Made by a program: the position numbers and the translations under genes
Shown here: positions 26,848-40,868 of the stretch, piece after piece
How the letters are laid out: each line of letters starts with the position of its first letter
How positions within the stretch are numbered: the stretch's first letter is position 1
The notes under the pieces: model-generated
What the model saw: the letters and a program-made list of their open reading frames with translations, nothing else
The model's database searches: none
What the model was told of the DNA's origin: nothing
Assembly (NCBI GenBank): GCA_964016885.1
Contig: OZ024741.1
Location: forward strand, 116,498,001-116,562,000
Length of the DNA stretch: 64,000 nt
Source of the DNA: Eledone cirrhosa
Lineage: Eukaryota
Direction: 5' to 3'

Positions 26848-29713
26848 AAAAAACGTGACAATCACCTGATCACCTATAGATCCGGGGAACACACAAGCCA
26901 GGTAGATTATATCCTTACCAGAAGACGTGACAGAGTGTCTGTTGTTAACACTAAATCCCTCCCCCATGAAGAATGCACCTCCCAACATAGACTGATAATT
27001 AGCGACCTCATAGTCAGGACGAGACGTACTCGACAACAGAAGAGGACTATCCTCAGGAGGAAAATATGGAAGCTAAAGGACCCCACAGCCAGGAATAAAT
27101 TTTAAAGCATATTACTTGATGCTTTCGACAGTAAGGAAGAACATTTAGAGTCGGACAATATAGAGGGAGAGTGGGAATTTCTGAAAGCAAACCTGCTGTT
27201 GGCGACAGACGAGGTCTGTGGCTGGAGCAGGCCTGTAGGCAGGAGGAGAGTAACATGGTGGTGGAACAGTAAGGTGGAGGGGTCAATTAAGGCCAAAAAG
27301 CAGGCTTGGAAAGTATGGCGGGATGGGGGAAGTAGAGAGGACTATCAAGTGGCCAGGAGGGAAGCTAGGAGACAAGTGTACTTAGCAAGAAGGGAAGCTG
27401 AGGAAAGAAAGTTCAAGCATGTTCTACAACGCGATGACCAAAAACGTGAGGTGTTCAGGATTGCTAGGCAATGCGTCAAGGAAAACCGTGATATTGTCGG
27501 GGAGAAGTGTGTACTAAACGACGATGGCACACTTGCCATCACCGACGCTGATAAGAAGGTAGCTTGGAAGTGTCACTATGAAAGGCTTCTAAATGAGGAG
27601 AATAATTGGGAGAAAGGCAGTCTCCCCCATATCGACCCAATAGAGGGACCAGCAGTGTTAGTCGAGGGGAGTATAATAAGTAAGGCAATCAAGGATATGA
27701 AGACTGGTAAGGCGGCTGGGCCTTCGGAAATAGTTGCTGAGATGCTGAAGGCATCTGGCACGGTGGGACACACCATGGTCACCCGCATAGTTAACCAAGT
27801 CGTACAGAATGGGGTTGTTCCGAAGGACTGGCATAGCAGCATCATCGTTAACTGTTATAAGGGTAAAGGAGACGCCCTAGATAGGAGTAACTATAGAGGC
27901 ATTAAATTAATCGACCAGGTCATGAAGGTCACGGAAAGAGTAATAGCGCAACTAATCAGAGAGAGAATTGACCTAGATGAAATGCAGTTCGGGTTTGTGT
28001 CAGGCAAAAGTACCACAGACGCTCTTTTCATAGTACGACAACTACAGGAGAAGTACCTAGCTAAAGGTAAACCCCTCTACTTAGCTTTTGTCGACTTGGA
28101 GAAAGCCTTCGACAGAGTCCCCCGCTCCATTATCTGGTGGGCTCTTAGAAAACTAGGCGTTGACGAATGGCTTGTGAGGGCTATACAAGCCATGTATAAA
28201 GAAACAGTCAGCAAGGTTAGAATTAACAACGAATATAGTGAAGAGTTTAGCGTAAAAGTTGGCGTCCATCAGGGCTCTGTTCTCAGTCCACTACTATTTA
28301 TTATTGCCCTTCAGGCTATAACAGAGGAGTTCAAGACAGGCTGCCCATGGGAACTCCTATACGCAGACGACCTGACACTCATAGCGGAATCAATGGCCGA
28401 GCTAGAGAAGAAATTCCAAACATGGAAGCACGGCCTAGAGTCAAAAGGACTTAAAATTAACCTGGCTAAGACCAAAGTACTAGTTTGTAGGAAAGAAAAC
28501 AAGGCGGCGGTCCCTTCTGGGAAATGGTCGTGCTCGGTGTGTAGGAAAGGCGTAGGTAGAAACTCCATTTTATGTCCTAAATGCAAAGTATGGGTGCATA
28601 AAAGATGTAGTGGGATCACAGGTAAGCTAACTAAGAACAGATTTTACATGTGGCCGGTGCTCTGGTGCAATAAGTAGCAGCAAGTGCCCACAAACTACTA
28701 GCTCTTTCAATTGCGCAGAGGGTTCTATAGAAATAGTGGACAGCTTCCGTTACCTGGGCGATAAAATCAGCAGTGGGGGAGGGTGCTCTGAAAGTACTGT
28801 AGCTAGAGTCAGAACTGGTTGGAAAAAGTTCAGAGAGCTTATACCACTATTAGCTGCTAAAGGGTTCTCACTAAAAATGAAAGGCAGGTTGTACGATGCC
28901 TGCATACGAACAGCAATGCTGCATGGCAGTGAGACCTGGGCATTGTGTGCAGAGGATATACGCAGACTAGAGAGGAACGAAGCTTGCATGCTCCGCTGGA
29001 TGTGTAACAGTAATATACGTGAACGGCAAAGCATAAACGAACTAAGGAAAAAATTAGAGATAAGAGGGATCAGATGTTGTTTACTCGAGAGAAGGCTACG
29101 TTGGTATGGACACGTGATGCGCATGAAAGTCGATAGCTGTATAACAAAGTGCAGGGCAATAAAGATAGATGGTAGTCACGGAATAGGCAGACCTAGAAAA
29201 ACCTGGGACGAGCTGATAAACTCCGACATCACACACTTACACCTCTCCAAGACAATGTCACTGGACCGAGACCTTTGGCGGTACTCAGTAACAGAGAAGA
29301 CCCGCCTTACCTAAATATATAGTAAAACCTACTCCAGCCAGTAGGCATCTCTAACAAAATACACCCCGTCCCACCACCACCACCCCCACCCGATCCACAC
29401 CACCCCGTTCTATGTAAAGTTATGTTGGTGCCGCGCCATCGAGGCCGAAACAAATGAGATCGTGTAGGTGTCACGACAAAAAAACACACAGTCCACGCTG
29501 TAATGTGGCCGTGTAGGCAACACGGTAAAAACCTCCCAGACCCACACTGTAAATGTGGTTGGTGTTAGGAAGGGCATCCAACTGTAGAAAACCTGCCAGA
29601 CAGTCCTATGCGAGCAAGACAATCACTCTTGCCTCAAGTGGGACTACCCCCGTCCAAACCCATGCAAGCGTGGAACACGGACGTTAAACGTTGATGATGA
29701 TGATGATGATGAT
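26848..29713 (+). mobile_element. RTE-clade LINE family A copy 4 (longest; APE C-terminal part + RT + PHD)
   Basis: SQVDYIL and SQHRL APE end motifs; frame break at ~27103 and 2-bp deletion at ~28638 relative to copy 3. Confidence 0.96.
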
Positions 29714-29748
29714 ATATATATATATATATGTGTGTATATATATATATA

Positions 29749-29793
<45 letters not shown>

Positions 29794-30004
29794 ATATATA
29801 TATATGTGTGTGTGTGTATATATATATATATGTGTGTGTGTGTGTATATATATATATGTGTGTGTGTGTGTATATATATATATATGTGTGTGTGTGTGTA
29901 TATATATATATATGTGTGTGTGTGTGTATATATATATATATGTGTGTGTGTGTGTATATATATATATATGTGTGTGTGTGTGTATATATATATATATGTG
30001 TGTG

Positions 30005-30051
<47 letters not shown>

Positions 30052-30056
30052 GTGTG

Positions 30057-30103
<47 letters not shown>

Positions 30104-30122
30104 GTGTGTATATATATATATA

Positions 30123-30201
<79 letters not shown>

Positions 30202-30295
30202 ATATATATATATATATCTGTGTGTATATATATATATATATATCTGTGTGTATATATATATATATCTGTGTATATATATATATATATATATATAC
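29714..30295. repeat. Alternating (TA)n(TG)n array
   Basis: Direct reading. Confidence 0.98.
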
Positions 30296-30516
30296 AATTA
30301 AGTTAGAAATGTACATCCACATATGTATACTGAAATACTAGTATGCATATGAATACACACACGTGTACATATGTAGATGTACCGAATTTTTCACTGGACA
30401 CTTTACTGTGAGTGTCCAGCTATTCTGTATGTAAACACACAGACAAACCGGTTTTTAGAGTCATACTGGTTTTCGAGGAAACACCTTTCCTCTATTCTCC
30501 AGAAAGCCAGACAAGG

Positions 30517-30561
30517 AACATTGGACTAGTTTCGATGTTGTTACATCTCATCAGCAATATT
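30517..30561 (-). ncRNA. Minimal type I hammerhead ribozyme (Penelope-like)
   Basis: Minus strand AAUAUUG-CUGAUGA-GAUGU(AACA)ACAUC-GAAA-CUAG-UC/CAAUGUU: 7-bp stem I, 5-bp stem II, palindromic ACUAGU stem III, GUC cleavage triplet. Confidence 0.85.
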
Positions 30562-30765
30562 TACCTATCTTCCGGCCTTTCTAGAGAATCGTAAAAGCAC
30601 ATATCGCTATATGCTTTTTCTATGAAAATTAGTAGTGGGCAGACTAATTTGCATAGAGCGTGAGTACGCACCGGTTCAGCGGAGACGATAAAAACAAATA
30701 ACGAAACGAAATTAAATTTCGTTTCGTTTGTAACTCACTTTTGTATGACTGACGCTTAAACAATT

Positions 30766-30939
30766 ATTCCACTGCAAAGTGGTCGTGGAGGTGCCATGGC
30801 AAAAAAGCACCCAGCACTCACTGTAAATGAGATTGGTGTTAGGAAGGGCATCCAGCTGTAGAAATCAAGCCAGAATCAGTTCCCGTCCCACCCTTGCAAG
30901 CAAGGAAAAGCGGACGTAAAATGAAATGATGATGATGAT
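30766..30939 (+). mobile_element. 3' half of tRNA/RTE-tail SINE
   Basis: Matches 49757-49932. Confidence 0.85.
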
Positions 30940-30959
30940 GTGTGTATATATATATGTGT

Positions 30960-31007
<48 letters not shown>

Positions 31008-31723
31008 ATATATATATATGTGTGTGTATATATATGTGTGTATCTGTGTATATATATGTGTATATGTGTATATATATATATGTATGTGTATATATATGTA
31101 TGTGTATATATATGTATGTGTATATATATCTGTATGTGTATATATATATGCATGTGTATATATATATATATGCATGTGTATATATATATGTATGTGTATA
31201 TATATATGTATGTGTATATATATATATGTATGTGTGTATATATATGTATGTGTATATATATATGTATGTGTATATATATATGTATGTGTATATATATATG
31301 TATGTGTATATATATATGTATGTGTATATATATATGTATGTGTATATATATCTGTATGTGTATATATATATGCATGTGTATATATATATATATGCATGTG
31401 TATATATATATGTATGTGTATATATATATGTATGTGTATATATATATATGTATGTGTGTATATATATGTATGTGTATATATATATGTATGCGTATATATA
31501 TATGTATGTGTATATATATATGTATGTGTATATATATATGTATGTGTATATATATATGTATGTGTATATATATATGTATGTGTATATATATGTATGTGTG
31601 TATATATATATGTATGTGTATATATATATATGTGTGTATATATATGTGTGTGTATATATATGTATGTGTGTATATATATGTATGTGTATATATATATATA
31701 TATATGTATGTATATATATATGT
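30940..31723. repeat. (TA)n/(TATGTG)n array with internal higher-order duplication
   Basis: Direct reading; tatctgtatg..tgcatg block repeated at ~31128 and ~31349. Confidence 0.97.
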
Positions 31724-32425
31724 ATGTAATAGTAATAAACATGAACGGCAAAGCATAAATGAATTAAGGGAGAAATTAGGAATAAGAGGAATCTGATGTT
31801 GTTTACTCGAGAGAAAATACGTTGGTATGGTCACGTGATGCGCATGAAAGACGACAGCTGTATAAAAAAGTGTAGGGGGATATAAAATATACGGAAGCCA
31901 CGGAGTAGGCAGAACCAGAAAAACCTGGGACGACTTGATAAATTCCGACCTCACACACTTACACCTCTCCAAGACAATGTCACTGGACTGAGATCTTTGG
32001 CGCTACACAGTAATACAGAAGACCCTCCTTGCCTAAGTACAAAGCGAACCTACAGTCAGTAGGCACCTCTAACAAAATAACCCCCCCACACACACCATCC
32101 ACATCCACCCCATCCACACCACCCCTTTCGATGTAAAGTTATGTTGGTACCACAACATCCAGTCCGAAATAAATGAGGTCGTGTAGGTGTCATGGAAAAA
32201 AAAAAACACACAGTCCACGCTGTAATGTGGCCATGTAGATAACACGGTAAAAACCTCCCAGTCCACACTGTAAACGTGGTTGGTGTTAGGAAGGGCATCC
32301 AGCCGTAGAAAACCTGCCAGACAATCCTATGCGAGCAAGACAACCAATCTTGCCTCAAGTGGGAAAATTCCTGTCCAAACCCGTGCAAGCGTGGAAGATG
32401 AACTTTAAACGATGATGATGATGAT
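31724..32425 (+). mobile_element. Diverged family A 3' fragment
   Basis: [17 protein letters not shown], family A 3' UTR, (GAT)n tail. Confidence 0.9.
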
Positions 32426-32428
32426 GTG

Positions 32429-32463
<35 letters not shown>

Positions 32464-32501
32464 ATACATATATATATATATGTATGTGTATATGTGTATA
32501 T

Positions 32502-35470
32502 ATCATCATCATCATCACCGTTTTACGTCCGTTCTTCCACGCTAGCATGGGTTAGACGGGTTGTCCTATTGTGTGCAGTGTCTGGTCGGCTGACCATGCC
32601 TTGCTCATACAGGAACTGATCTGGCTTGATTTCTACAGCTGGATGCCCTTCCTAACACCAACCTCATTTACAGTGAGTGCTGGGTGCTTTTTCGTGGCGC
32701 CTATATATGTATGTATATATATATATATCGGTGTGTGTGTATATATAGGTATGTGTATATATATATATGTGTATATATATAGGTATGTTTGTATGTGTAT
32801 ATATATATATAGGTATGTGTATATATGAGAGTGTATGCAGCTGGATGCTGGATGCCCTTCCTAACACCAACCTCATTTACAGTGAGTGCTGGGTGCTTTT
32901 TCCGTGGCGCCTACACGTCCACTTTACAGTGTGGGCTGGGTGCTTTTTTGCCGTGGCACCTCCACGACCACCTTGCAGTGGGAGGGTGTGGGGGCATATT
33001 GTCTATATGCTTCAGCTTGTACCCATGGGAGGTGGGTCTTCTGTATTAATGCGTCACGCCAGAGGTAACGGCCATGTGTCATCGCCTTTGAGTGGTGTAA
33101 TTGGGTAAGGTCGGCTTTTATCACCTCATCCCAGGTCTTCTTGGGTCTCCCCCCGTCCGCGGTTTCCATTGACTTCTAGTGCTCTGCACCTTTTTATGCA
33201 GCTGTCATCCTTCATACGTATCACATGTCCATACCAACGCAACCGCCTCTCCTGCACACAGCATTTGATTCCTCTTCTGCTCAGTCTCTCTCTCAATTCA
33301 TTTATGCTTTGTTGTTCGCGTATATTACTATTACACATCCATCGGAGCATGCAGGCTTCGTTTCTTTCTAATCTACGTAAGTCTTCCACCTTCAGCGCCC
33401 AGGTCTCACTACCATGTAACATTGCTGTTCGGATACACGCATCATACAGTCTATCTTTCATTTTGAGGGAAAAGCCTTTTGCAGCTAGCAGTGGCAGTAG
33501 TTCCCTGAATTTCTTCCATCCCGTTCTTACCCTAGTTATTGTAGTTTCTGAACACCCACCTCCGCTGCTAATTCGGTCACCTAGGTAGCAGAAGCTGTCT
33601 ACTATTTCTACAGAGCCCTCCCAGAGATTGGTGGTACTTGTTTCCTGTGGCTATTTGCTGCTTGCTGTCCCAGCACAGCTGCTGCATGGGAAGCCTACAT
33701 TCTTAATAAAGCTTCCTGAGATCCCGCTACATCTCTTGTGTACCCATTGTTTGCATTTGGGACAGAGAATGGAGTTCCTACCTACACCTTTCCTACATAC
33801 TGAGCAAGGCCATTTCTCTGAGGGTATCTGGGTTCTGTTTTCTCATCTACTTACAAGGACCTTAGTCTTTGTCATGTTGACTTTGAGACCCTTTCTTTCT
33901 AGTCCCTGCTTCCAAGTTTGGAATTTCTTCTCTAGTTCTACCATAGATTCAGCTATAAGTGCGAGGTCATCAGCATACTGGAGTTCCCATGGGCATCCGG
34001 TCTTAAACTCCTCCGTTATTGCCTGCAGGACTATGATGAACAGGAGAAGGCTAAGAAGAGAGCCCTGGTGGACACCAACCTGTATGCTAAATTCCTCGCT
34101 ATACTCATTGCTAATCCTAACTTTGCTGACTGCTCCCCTATACATGGCTTGTACAGCTTTCACAAGCCATTCATCTACTCCTAGTTTTCTAAGAGCCCAC
34201 CAGATTACAGCACGTGGAACTCTGTCAAAGGCTTTCTCGAGATCGGCGAATGCCAGGAAGAGTGGCTTACTTTTAGCTTGGTACTTTTCCTGTAACTACC
34301 TCACAAGGAAGAGGGCATCAGTTGTTCCTTTTCCTGGTACAAACCCAAATTGCATTTCATCTAGTTTCACCCGCTCCCTAATCAACTGTGCTATAACTCT
34401 TTCTGTTACTTTCATGACCAGGTCCATCAGCTTTATACCTCTATAGTTTCCTCTATCTAGTGCATCACTTTTACCTTTGTAGCAGTTGACAATGATGCTA
34501 CTGCACCAATCTTTTGGTATGACACCTTCTAGTATTACCTGGTTAACAATACGTGTGGTTATAGTGTGACCTACAGACCCAGATGCCTTCAGCATCTCGA
34601 CAGCTATACCCGATGGACCGGTTGCCTTTCCCCATCTTCATATCTTTGATTGCCTTACTTACTACGCTGCGGCTGACTTGTACTGCTGGCCCCTCTATAG
34701 GGTCTACTTGGGGTAGGGTCTCTTCTTCCCATGCATTCTCCTCATTTTGTAATCTATCATAATGGCTCTTCCATGCATCTTTCTTCTCAGCACTTGTGAG
34801 GGCAAGCTTACCTTTATCATTCCGGATACACTTCTCTCCAATGACATCACAATTCTCTCTGACACACTGCCTCGCAATCTTGAACACCTCCTGTTTCTGG
34901 TCCTCACGTTGCAAAACATGCTTGGTTTTTCTATCCTCTGCTTCCCTCTTAGCTAAGTATACTTGTCGCCTAGCTTCCCTCTTGGTCTCTATGTAATGTA
35001 CCCTGCTCACCCCGTTCTTCCATTCTTTCCATGCCTGTCTCTTGGCCTTAACTGCCTTATCTACCTTATTGTTCCACCACCAAGTCACTCTCCTCCTGCT
35101 TGTGGTCTTACTCCAGCCACAGACCTCATCCGTTGCCTCTAGTAAGTTACTTTTCAGGAACTCCCAGTTCTCTTCTACATTGAATGTCTTTATCTGTTCT
35201 TCTTTACTGTCGTAGGCGTTGAATAAAATATCTTTAAATCTGTTACTGGCTGAGGGGTCTTTCAGCTTCCAGATCTTTCTTTTCCATGTTGGCCTCTGTT
35301 TCCAGGTTCGTCTAGTTCTGACCGTGAGGTCGCTGACAACTAAGCTATGTTGGGAGGTACATTCCTCACTAGGGTAGGCTTTTGTGTTTACGACCGTCCA
35401 TCTGTCACGTCCTCTGATGAGGATAAAATCTATCTGACGAGAATGCTCCCCTGATATATAGGTGATCAGA
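32502..35470 (-). mobile_element. RTE-clade LINE, family A-related subfamily, 5'-truncated and decayed
   Basis: APE end, RT (QYADD), PHD and C-terminus in broken frames; (GAT)n tail at 32502-32516. Confidence 0.93.
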
Positions 35471-36118
35471 TGTATATATATGTATATGTATGTATGTGTA
35501 TATATATGTATGTATGTGTATATATATATATATGTAGATGTATGTGCGTTTGTATATATGTGTATGTGTGTGTGTGTATATGTATGTGTGTGTGTATATG
35601 TATGTTTGTGTGTGTATATATATGTATGTGTATATATGTATATGTCTATATGTATATATATGTATGTGTATATATGTATATATATGTATGTGTATATATA
35701 GGTATGTGTATATATATATATATATGTGTATATATGTATGTGTGTATATGTATGTATGTGTGTGTATATGTATGCATGTGTGTATATATATATATATGTG
35801 TATATATATATATGTGTGTGTATATATATATATGTGTGTGTATATATATATGTGTGTGTATATATATATGTATGTATGTGTGTATATATGTGTATATGTA
35901 TGTGTGTGTGTGTATGTATATATGTATGTATATATGTATATATGTGTATATATATATGTATATGTATATATGTGTGTATATGTATGTATATATATATGTG
36001 TATATGTATGTATATATATATATATATGTGTATATGTATGTATATATATATATATGTGTATATATATATATATGTGTGTGTATATATATGTACGTGTGTA
36101 TATATATATATATCTATG

Positions 36119-36152
<34 letters not shown>

Positions 36153-36154
36153 TG

Positions 36155-36195
<41 letters not shown>
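35471..36195. repeat. (TA/TG/TATG) array
   Basis: Direct reading. Confidence 0.97.
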
Positions 36196-36197
<2 letters not shown>

Positions 36198-36916
36198 TAA
36201 AATGGGGAGTTGGCCTATGTACCTCACATTATGGTGAATATTTTTCCGATTTTCACCAGTTCAAATAAGGTGCTAAAATAGCTGAGTGATTATTTTATAA
36301 TAAAATAATTTTTTTCTCTTACAACATCAGTAGTATTATTTATGCATCCCAACAAACTTTTAAAATTTTAAATACATAAATACCCCATGTACGCATGCAT
36401 ATGTGCACACACATTCATGTCTTTCTCTGACTTAATACTTTTTCTTCAATCTTGTGTATGACTGAAATTTTTCTTCTGACTTGTGTTTTATTGCTCTCAC
36501 TCTCTCTCCCTTCTCGTTCTTATCCTCTTCTTTTTTTTTTTTGTTCTATACCTCCTCTCTTTCACTTACTATCTTTAACTCCCTCTTTTAATCTAGGATT
36601 CTTTCTTTTTACAATGTTCTCTTATTCAATCTATTGCTTTCAACTACTCCCAGCATGTGAGTGGCTGGAAGTAAACAAAATTCGAGAAACTAACTTTATA
36701 AAACAAAAGAAATGGCAAAAAAACATTATATAATGGAGTTGTGAAACAAAAATAATACTCTAAACAACTCTTGAAACATTTTGAGCATCAAAATATTAAA
36801 ACTTCAAAAATATATTTTAAACTTATAAGAATTTCAAAACCATGCCATATAAACATGTGTTGATTAGCTGTCTCAGCTTATAAACGTTCAGATTTTTGCC
36901 CATTTCCCAGGTTGGT

Positions 36917-36950
<34 letters not shown>

Positions 36951-37164
36951 AAGAAATCGAAAATGCAACTGGAGTCTTTTTAAGAATATTTATTTGTTTC
37001 CTTTACCAGTTTCACGGTTCTTGTGCTTTTCAAAACTAGAATTGAGATGGAGTGTTTGTGGTTTTTCTGTAAGACATCTCGTTTTTTTTTATTTAAAAGA
37101 ACCTCTCATTTTCTTATATATATATATTCATGTGTGTGTGTATGTATGTATGTATGTATGTATG

Positions 37165-37322
37165 TAAAAGGTAAACAGAAATAACACAATCGGTACAGTA
37201 TATGGAAAGAATATATTAGTTTAACGCTTTAAATAGCAGGGAGAGGGTCTTAACATTCCGGACACTAGTGTATCATTAGAAGAAAGAATGAGAAATTAGA
37301 AAGATTGAAGGGACGGGCAGGG
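37165..37322 (-). mobile_element. Penelope-like terminal repeat remnant with degenerate hammerhead
   Basis: Homologous to 49142-49305; minus strand tctt-CTAATGA..GGAA-tg-TT-aaga. Confidence 0.5.
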
Positions 37323-37336
37323 CATATATATATATA

Positions 37337-39208
37337 AATCAGGATGTTGTTGGAGATAAATGTGTCCGGGATGATGCCGGTGTACTTACTGTCACGAATG
37401 ATCAGAAAAAGGAGGCCTGGAAATGTCATTATGAGAGACTGATGAATGTGGAGAACGAATGAGAGAGAGAGAAATTACCCTTGGTAGATCCGACAGAGGG
37501 ACCAGCTATTGAGATTGACGAATATAGGGTCCAAGAGGCGATTAGGGAAATGAAAAATGGTAAGGCTGCCGGACCATCGGGAATAGTTGTTGAGATGCTG
37601 AAGGCATCAGGGGACGTAGGCACTAAACTGGTTGCACGCATCATCAATCAGGCTATATATGGTGGTGTCATACCCAAAGACTGGTGCAGCAGTATTCTCA
37701 TAAATTTCTACAAAGGTAAAGGGGATGCTTTGGAGAGGAGCAATTATAGGGGTATAAAACTGATAGATCAGGTTATGAAAGTGGCAGAAAGGATTTTAGC
37801 ACAACTAATTAGAGAAAGGGTCAAACTAGATGAGATGCAGTTTGGTTTTGTGCCTGGGAAGAGTACAACAGATGCCCTCTTCTTGGTGAGACAATTGCAA
37901 GAGAGGTTCTTAGAGAAGAATAAGCCACTATACTTAGCCTTTGTTGACCTAGAGAAGGCCTTTGATAGGGTACCCCGATCTGTCATCTGGTGGTCCCTAA
38001 GGAAGCTAGGTGTTGAGGAATGGCTTGTGAGGACAGTGCAAACTTTGTACAGAGGTACTCTCAGTAAAGTCAGGGTAGGAATGGAGTTTAGTGAGGAATT
38101 CCAGATACAAGTAGGAGTACATCAGGGTTCGGTCCTCAGCCCGCTCTTGTTCATTATAGTCCTCCAAGCCGTAACAGAGGAGTTTAAGACTGGCTGTCCA
38201 TGGGAACTTCTCTATGCTGACGATCTGGTTCTTATAGCAGAATCAGTAGAGGAGCTAGAGAATAAATTCTGGCTATGGAAACAGCAGTTGGAAGCAAGAG
38301 GACTGAGAGTGAATCTAGCTAAGACAAAAGTGTTGATGAGTAGAAAAGAGGACAAAACCCTGATTCCATCAGGGAAATGGCCATGTTCGATATGCAGAAA
38401 AGGAACTGGCATAAATTCTATAAAATGCACACAATGCAGGTCCTGGGTACACAAGAGATGTAGCGGGATAGCAGGCAAACTAACAGGTAGGGAGAAATAT
38501 GTATGCAGTAGATGTACAGGGAAATTAGACAGTAGAAGTCGCACTGATAGACACATTTTTCAAATGCAAGAGGGTGCTATAGAAGTGGTGGATAGCGTCC
38601 GGTACCTAGGAGATCAGATTAGCATGGGAGGAGGGTGTTCCGAGGCCATAGTATCTAGAATAAGGACGGGTTGGAAGAAGTTTAGGGAGCTGCTTCCTCT
38701 GTTGACGAAGAAGGGTTTCTCCTTGCGTACGAAAGGCCGGTTGTATGATGCCTGTGTGAGGAGCGCGATGCTGCATGGTAGTGAGACATGGGCAGCAACT
38801 GCAGAGGATATGCGACAGCTGGAGAGAAATGAGGCAAGCATGCTCCGTTGGATGTGCAGTGTAAATGTGCGTGAACGACCCAGCATAAATGTGTTGAGAG
38901 AGAAACTGTATCTGAGAGGGATAGAATGTAGTGTACAGGAGAGGAGACTGAGGTGGTATGGACATGTGATGCGCATGGAGGATGACCGATGAGTGAAGAA
39001 GTGCCAGGAATTGCCAGTTGAGGGAAGACGTGGTAGAGGTAGACCACGAAAAACATGGGCGGAGGTGGTGAGAACAGACCTCAGATCATTGAAGCTCACG
39101 GTGGAGATGACGAGGGACCGTGACGAGTGGAGAGATGCTGTGCTGAATAAGACCCGTCCTACCCTTGCAAGCAGGGAAAAGCGGACGTAAAATGATGATG
39201 ATGATGAT
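37337..39208 (+). mobile_element. RTE-clade LINE family C, 5'-truncated (RT + PHD)
   Basis: YADD, CSIC-CTQC-HKRC-CSRC, two TGA stops at Trp positions; frame ends KTRPTLASREKRT* directly into (ATG)n. Confidence 0.95.
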
Positions 39209-40662
39209 ATATATATGTGTGTGTATATATTAAAAAACAAAACAATATATTGCTTCATGTCTTATTTTTCTTTGTAATACAAGACTACTAACACAAACAA
39301 TTATATTCTGATATTAATCTTCATTAATTCTGTGGTTTATTGTTTTTTTTTCTTAAGTATCAATGTATCAATAGATTTTTATGATTCATTTTCAATTATG
39401 GCTCAGTTGTTAAGTTCTGTGAAGAATTTGTATAAATTAGGTTTGCTTTTCTGCCTCTGATTAGCATATTCTTAATTAATGGGTAGGTGGCAAATTAGTA
39501 GAGTCATTAGAATGTTGGATAGAGTAATTTCTGAGTGCAAATCTTGCCGAGGTCAACTTTGCCTTTCATCTTTTCAAGGTCAATAAAAAAAAAGTACCAG
39601 TCAAGTATTAAGGGCCGATTCTTCCTGTGTCTCTCTCAAATCCATTCTCTTACTCTATCCTTCTCTGGAAGAAATCTGTTTTTGTTGGACACAGAGAGGA
39701 GATGGGCTTCACCAGATTTTAAAATGCCCTAGAAACACCCCCTCTGGAGTTACGGGTTCATCATACATGCATGTAATGGGTGTATTGCATTGTTGGTCAA
39801 TAGGCAGATCAATACTTAACATATACATATGTATAATTCTGGTTGTAGCGTTAATAAGTTAACTTTGCAATCAGCCATGTGGTTCTGGGTTTGATTCTAC
39901 TTTGTAACACCTTGGGCAGGTGTCTTTCAGCGTAGTCTCAGGTTAACTATAAACCTCATGAGTGGAATTTGATAGGTAGGAACTGTGTAGAATCCCATCG
40001 TGTATGTGTGTGTTGAGGATAATGCCTATTCATCAGAAATACAGTCAAAAGACAAATTGATAAAAATACATTAGTTGACAGGAAGTAAATCAGAAGACAT
40101 ATCCATTAAAAATATTTATATAAAGACATTTGTATGTGTATATTTTTCACTGACACATAATTAGCATGTTAAGCTCACATTCCTAATGTTGTGAATTTGG
40201 TTCCTAGACCGGGCAATGCATTGAATTCTTAAGCAAAACATTTAATTTTCTTGTTGGGCTAGTCATTTTCATTTAAAATGAATACCAGCAGTAGCTCAGG
40301 GGTTGATTCTGTAATTGACTGGCATCCCTTTCAGATAAAGTCACATACTGCTAATGAAACTAGGATAAGGCCTAACTTGATTATACTCTTGGCTTTAGAC
40401 AGATTTTAACTATAAATTAATCTTTCATTATTGTATTTATAATGAAATATACTTCCTATATGTTTCAATTAATTTTGAAAATAACCAAAACATTTGGAGG
40501 AATTCAATAAGTTTTTCAATAGAAATCTAATATTTAGGACATTACTTAACAAACCTTTTAAAATAAAATTCTGTTGGAATGTTACTATAAGCATATTAAA
40601 ATGGGTAGTTTTGTATCATAAATCTATGGTGGTTTCAGGTGGTTTTGTATGAAAAGAATTAA

Positions 40663-40868
40663 CCCTTTAGCATTTAAACCAGCCATATCTGGCCAGAATT
40701 CTCACCTTTCTGTTCAAACTGGCTGTAACCAGCTGCTCATACTGATGTTAAGGTATTGTTCTCAAAATAAATAACATCAAAATCCCAGAATCGATATTAT
40801 ATGAGATAATTAAAGCCTTTACTGTGAAAATATAATAATATATATAGAGTAATGTAAATGCTAAGGGG
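40663..40868. mobile_element. piggyBac-type MITE
   Basis: TTAA|CCCTTTAGCATTTA ... TAAATGCTAAGGGG. Confidence 0.8.

Noticed and set aside
36990-37040. Possible hammerhead TTGAAAA..GAAActggTA on the minus strand
   Set aside because: Two core substitutions and no stem I; at most a decayed remnant
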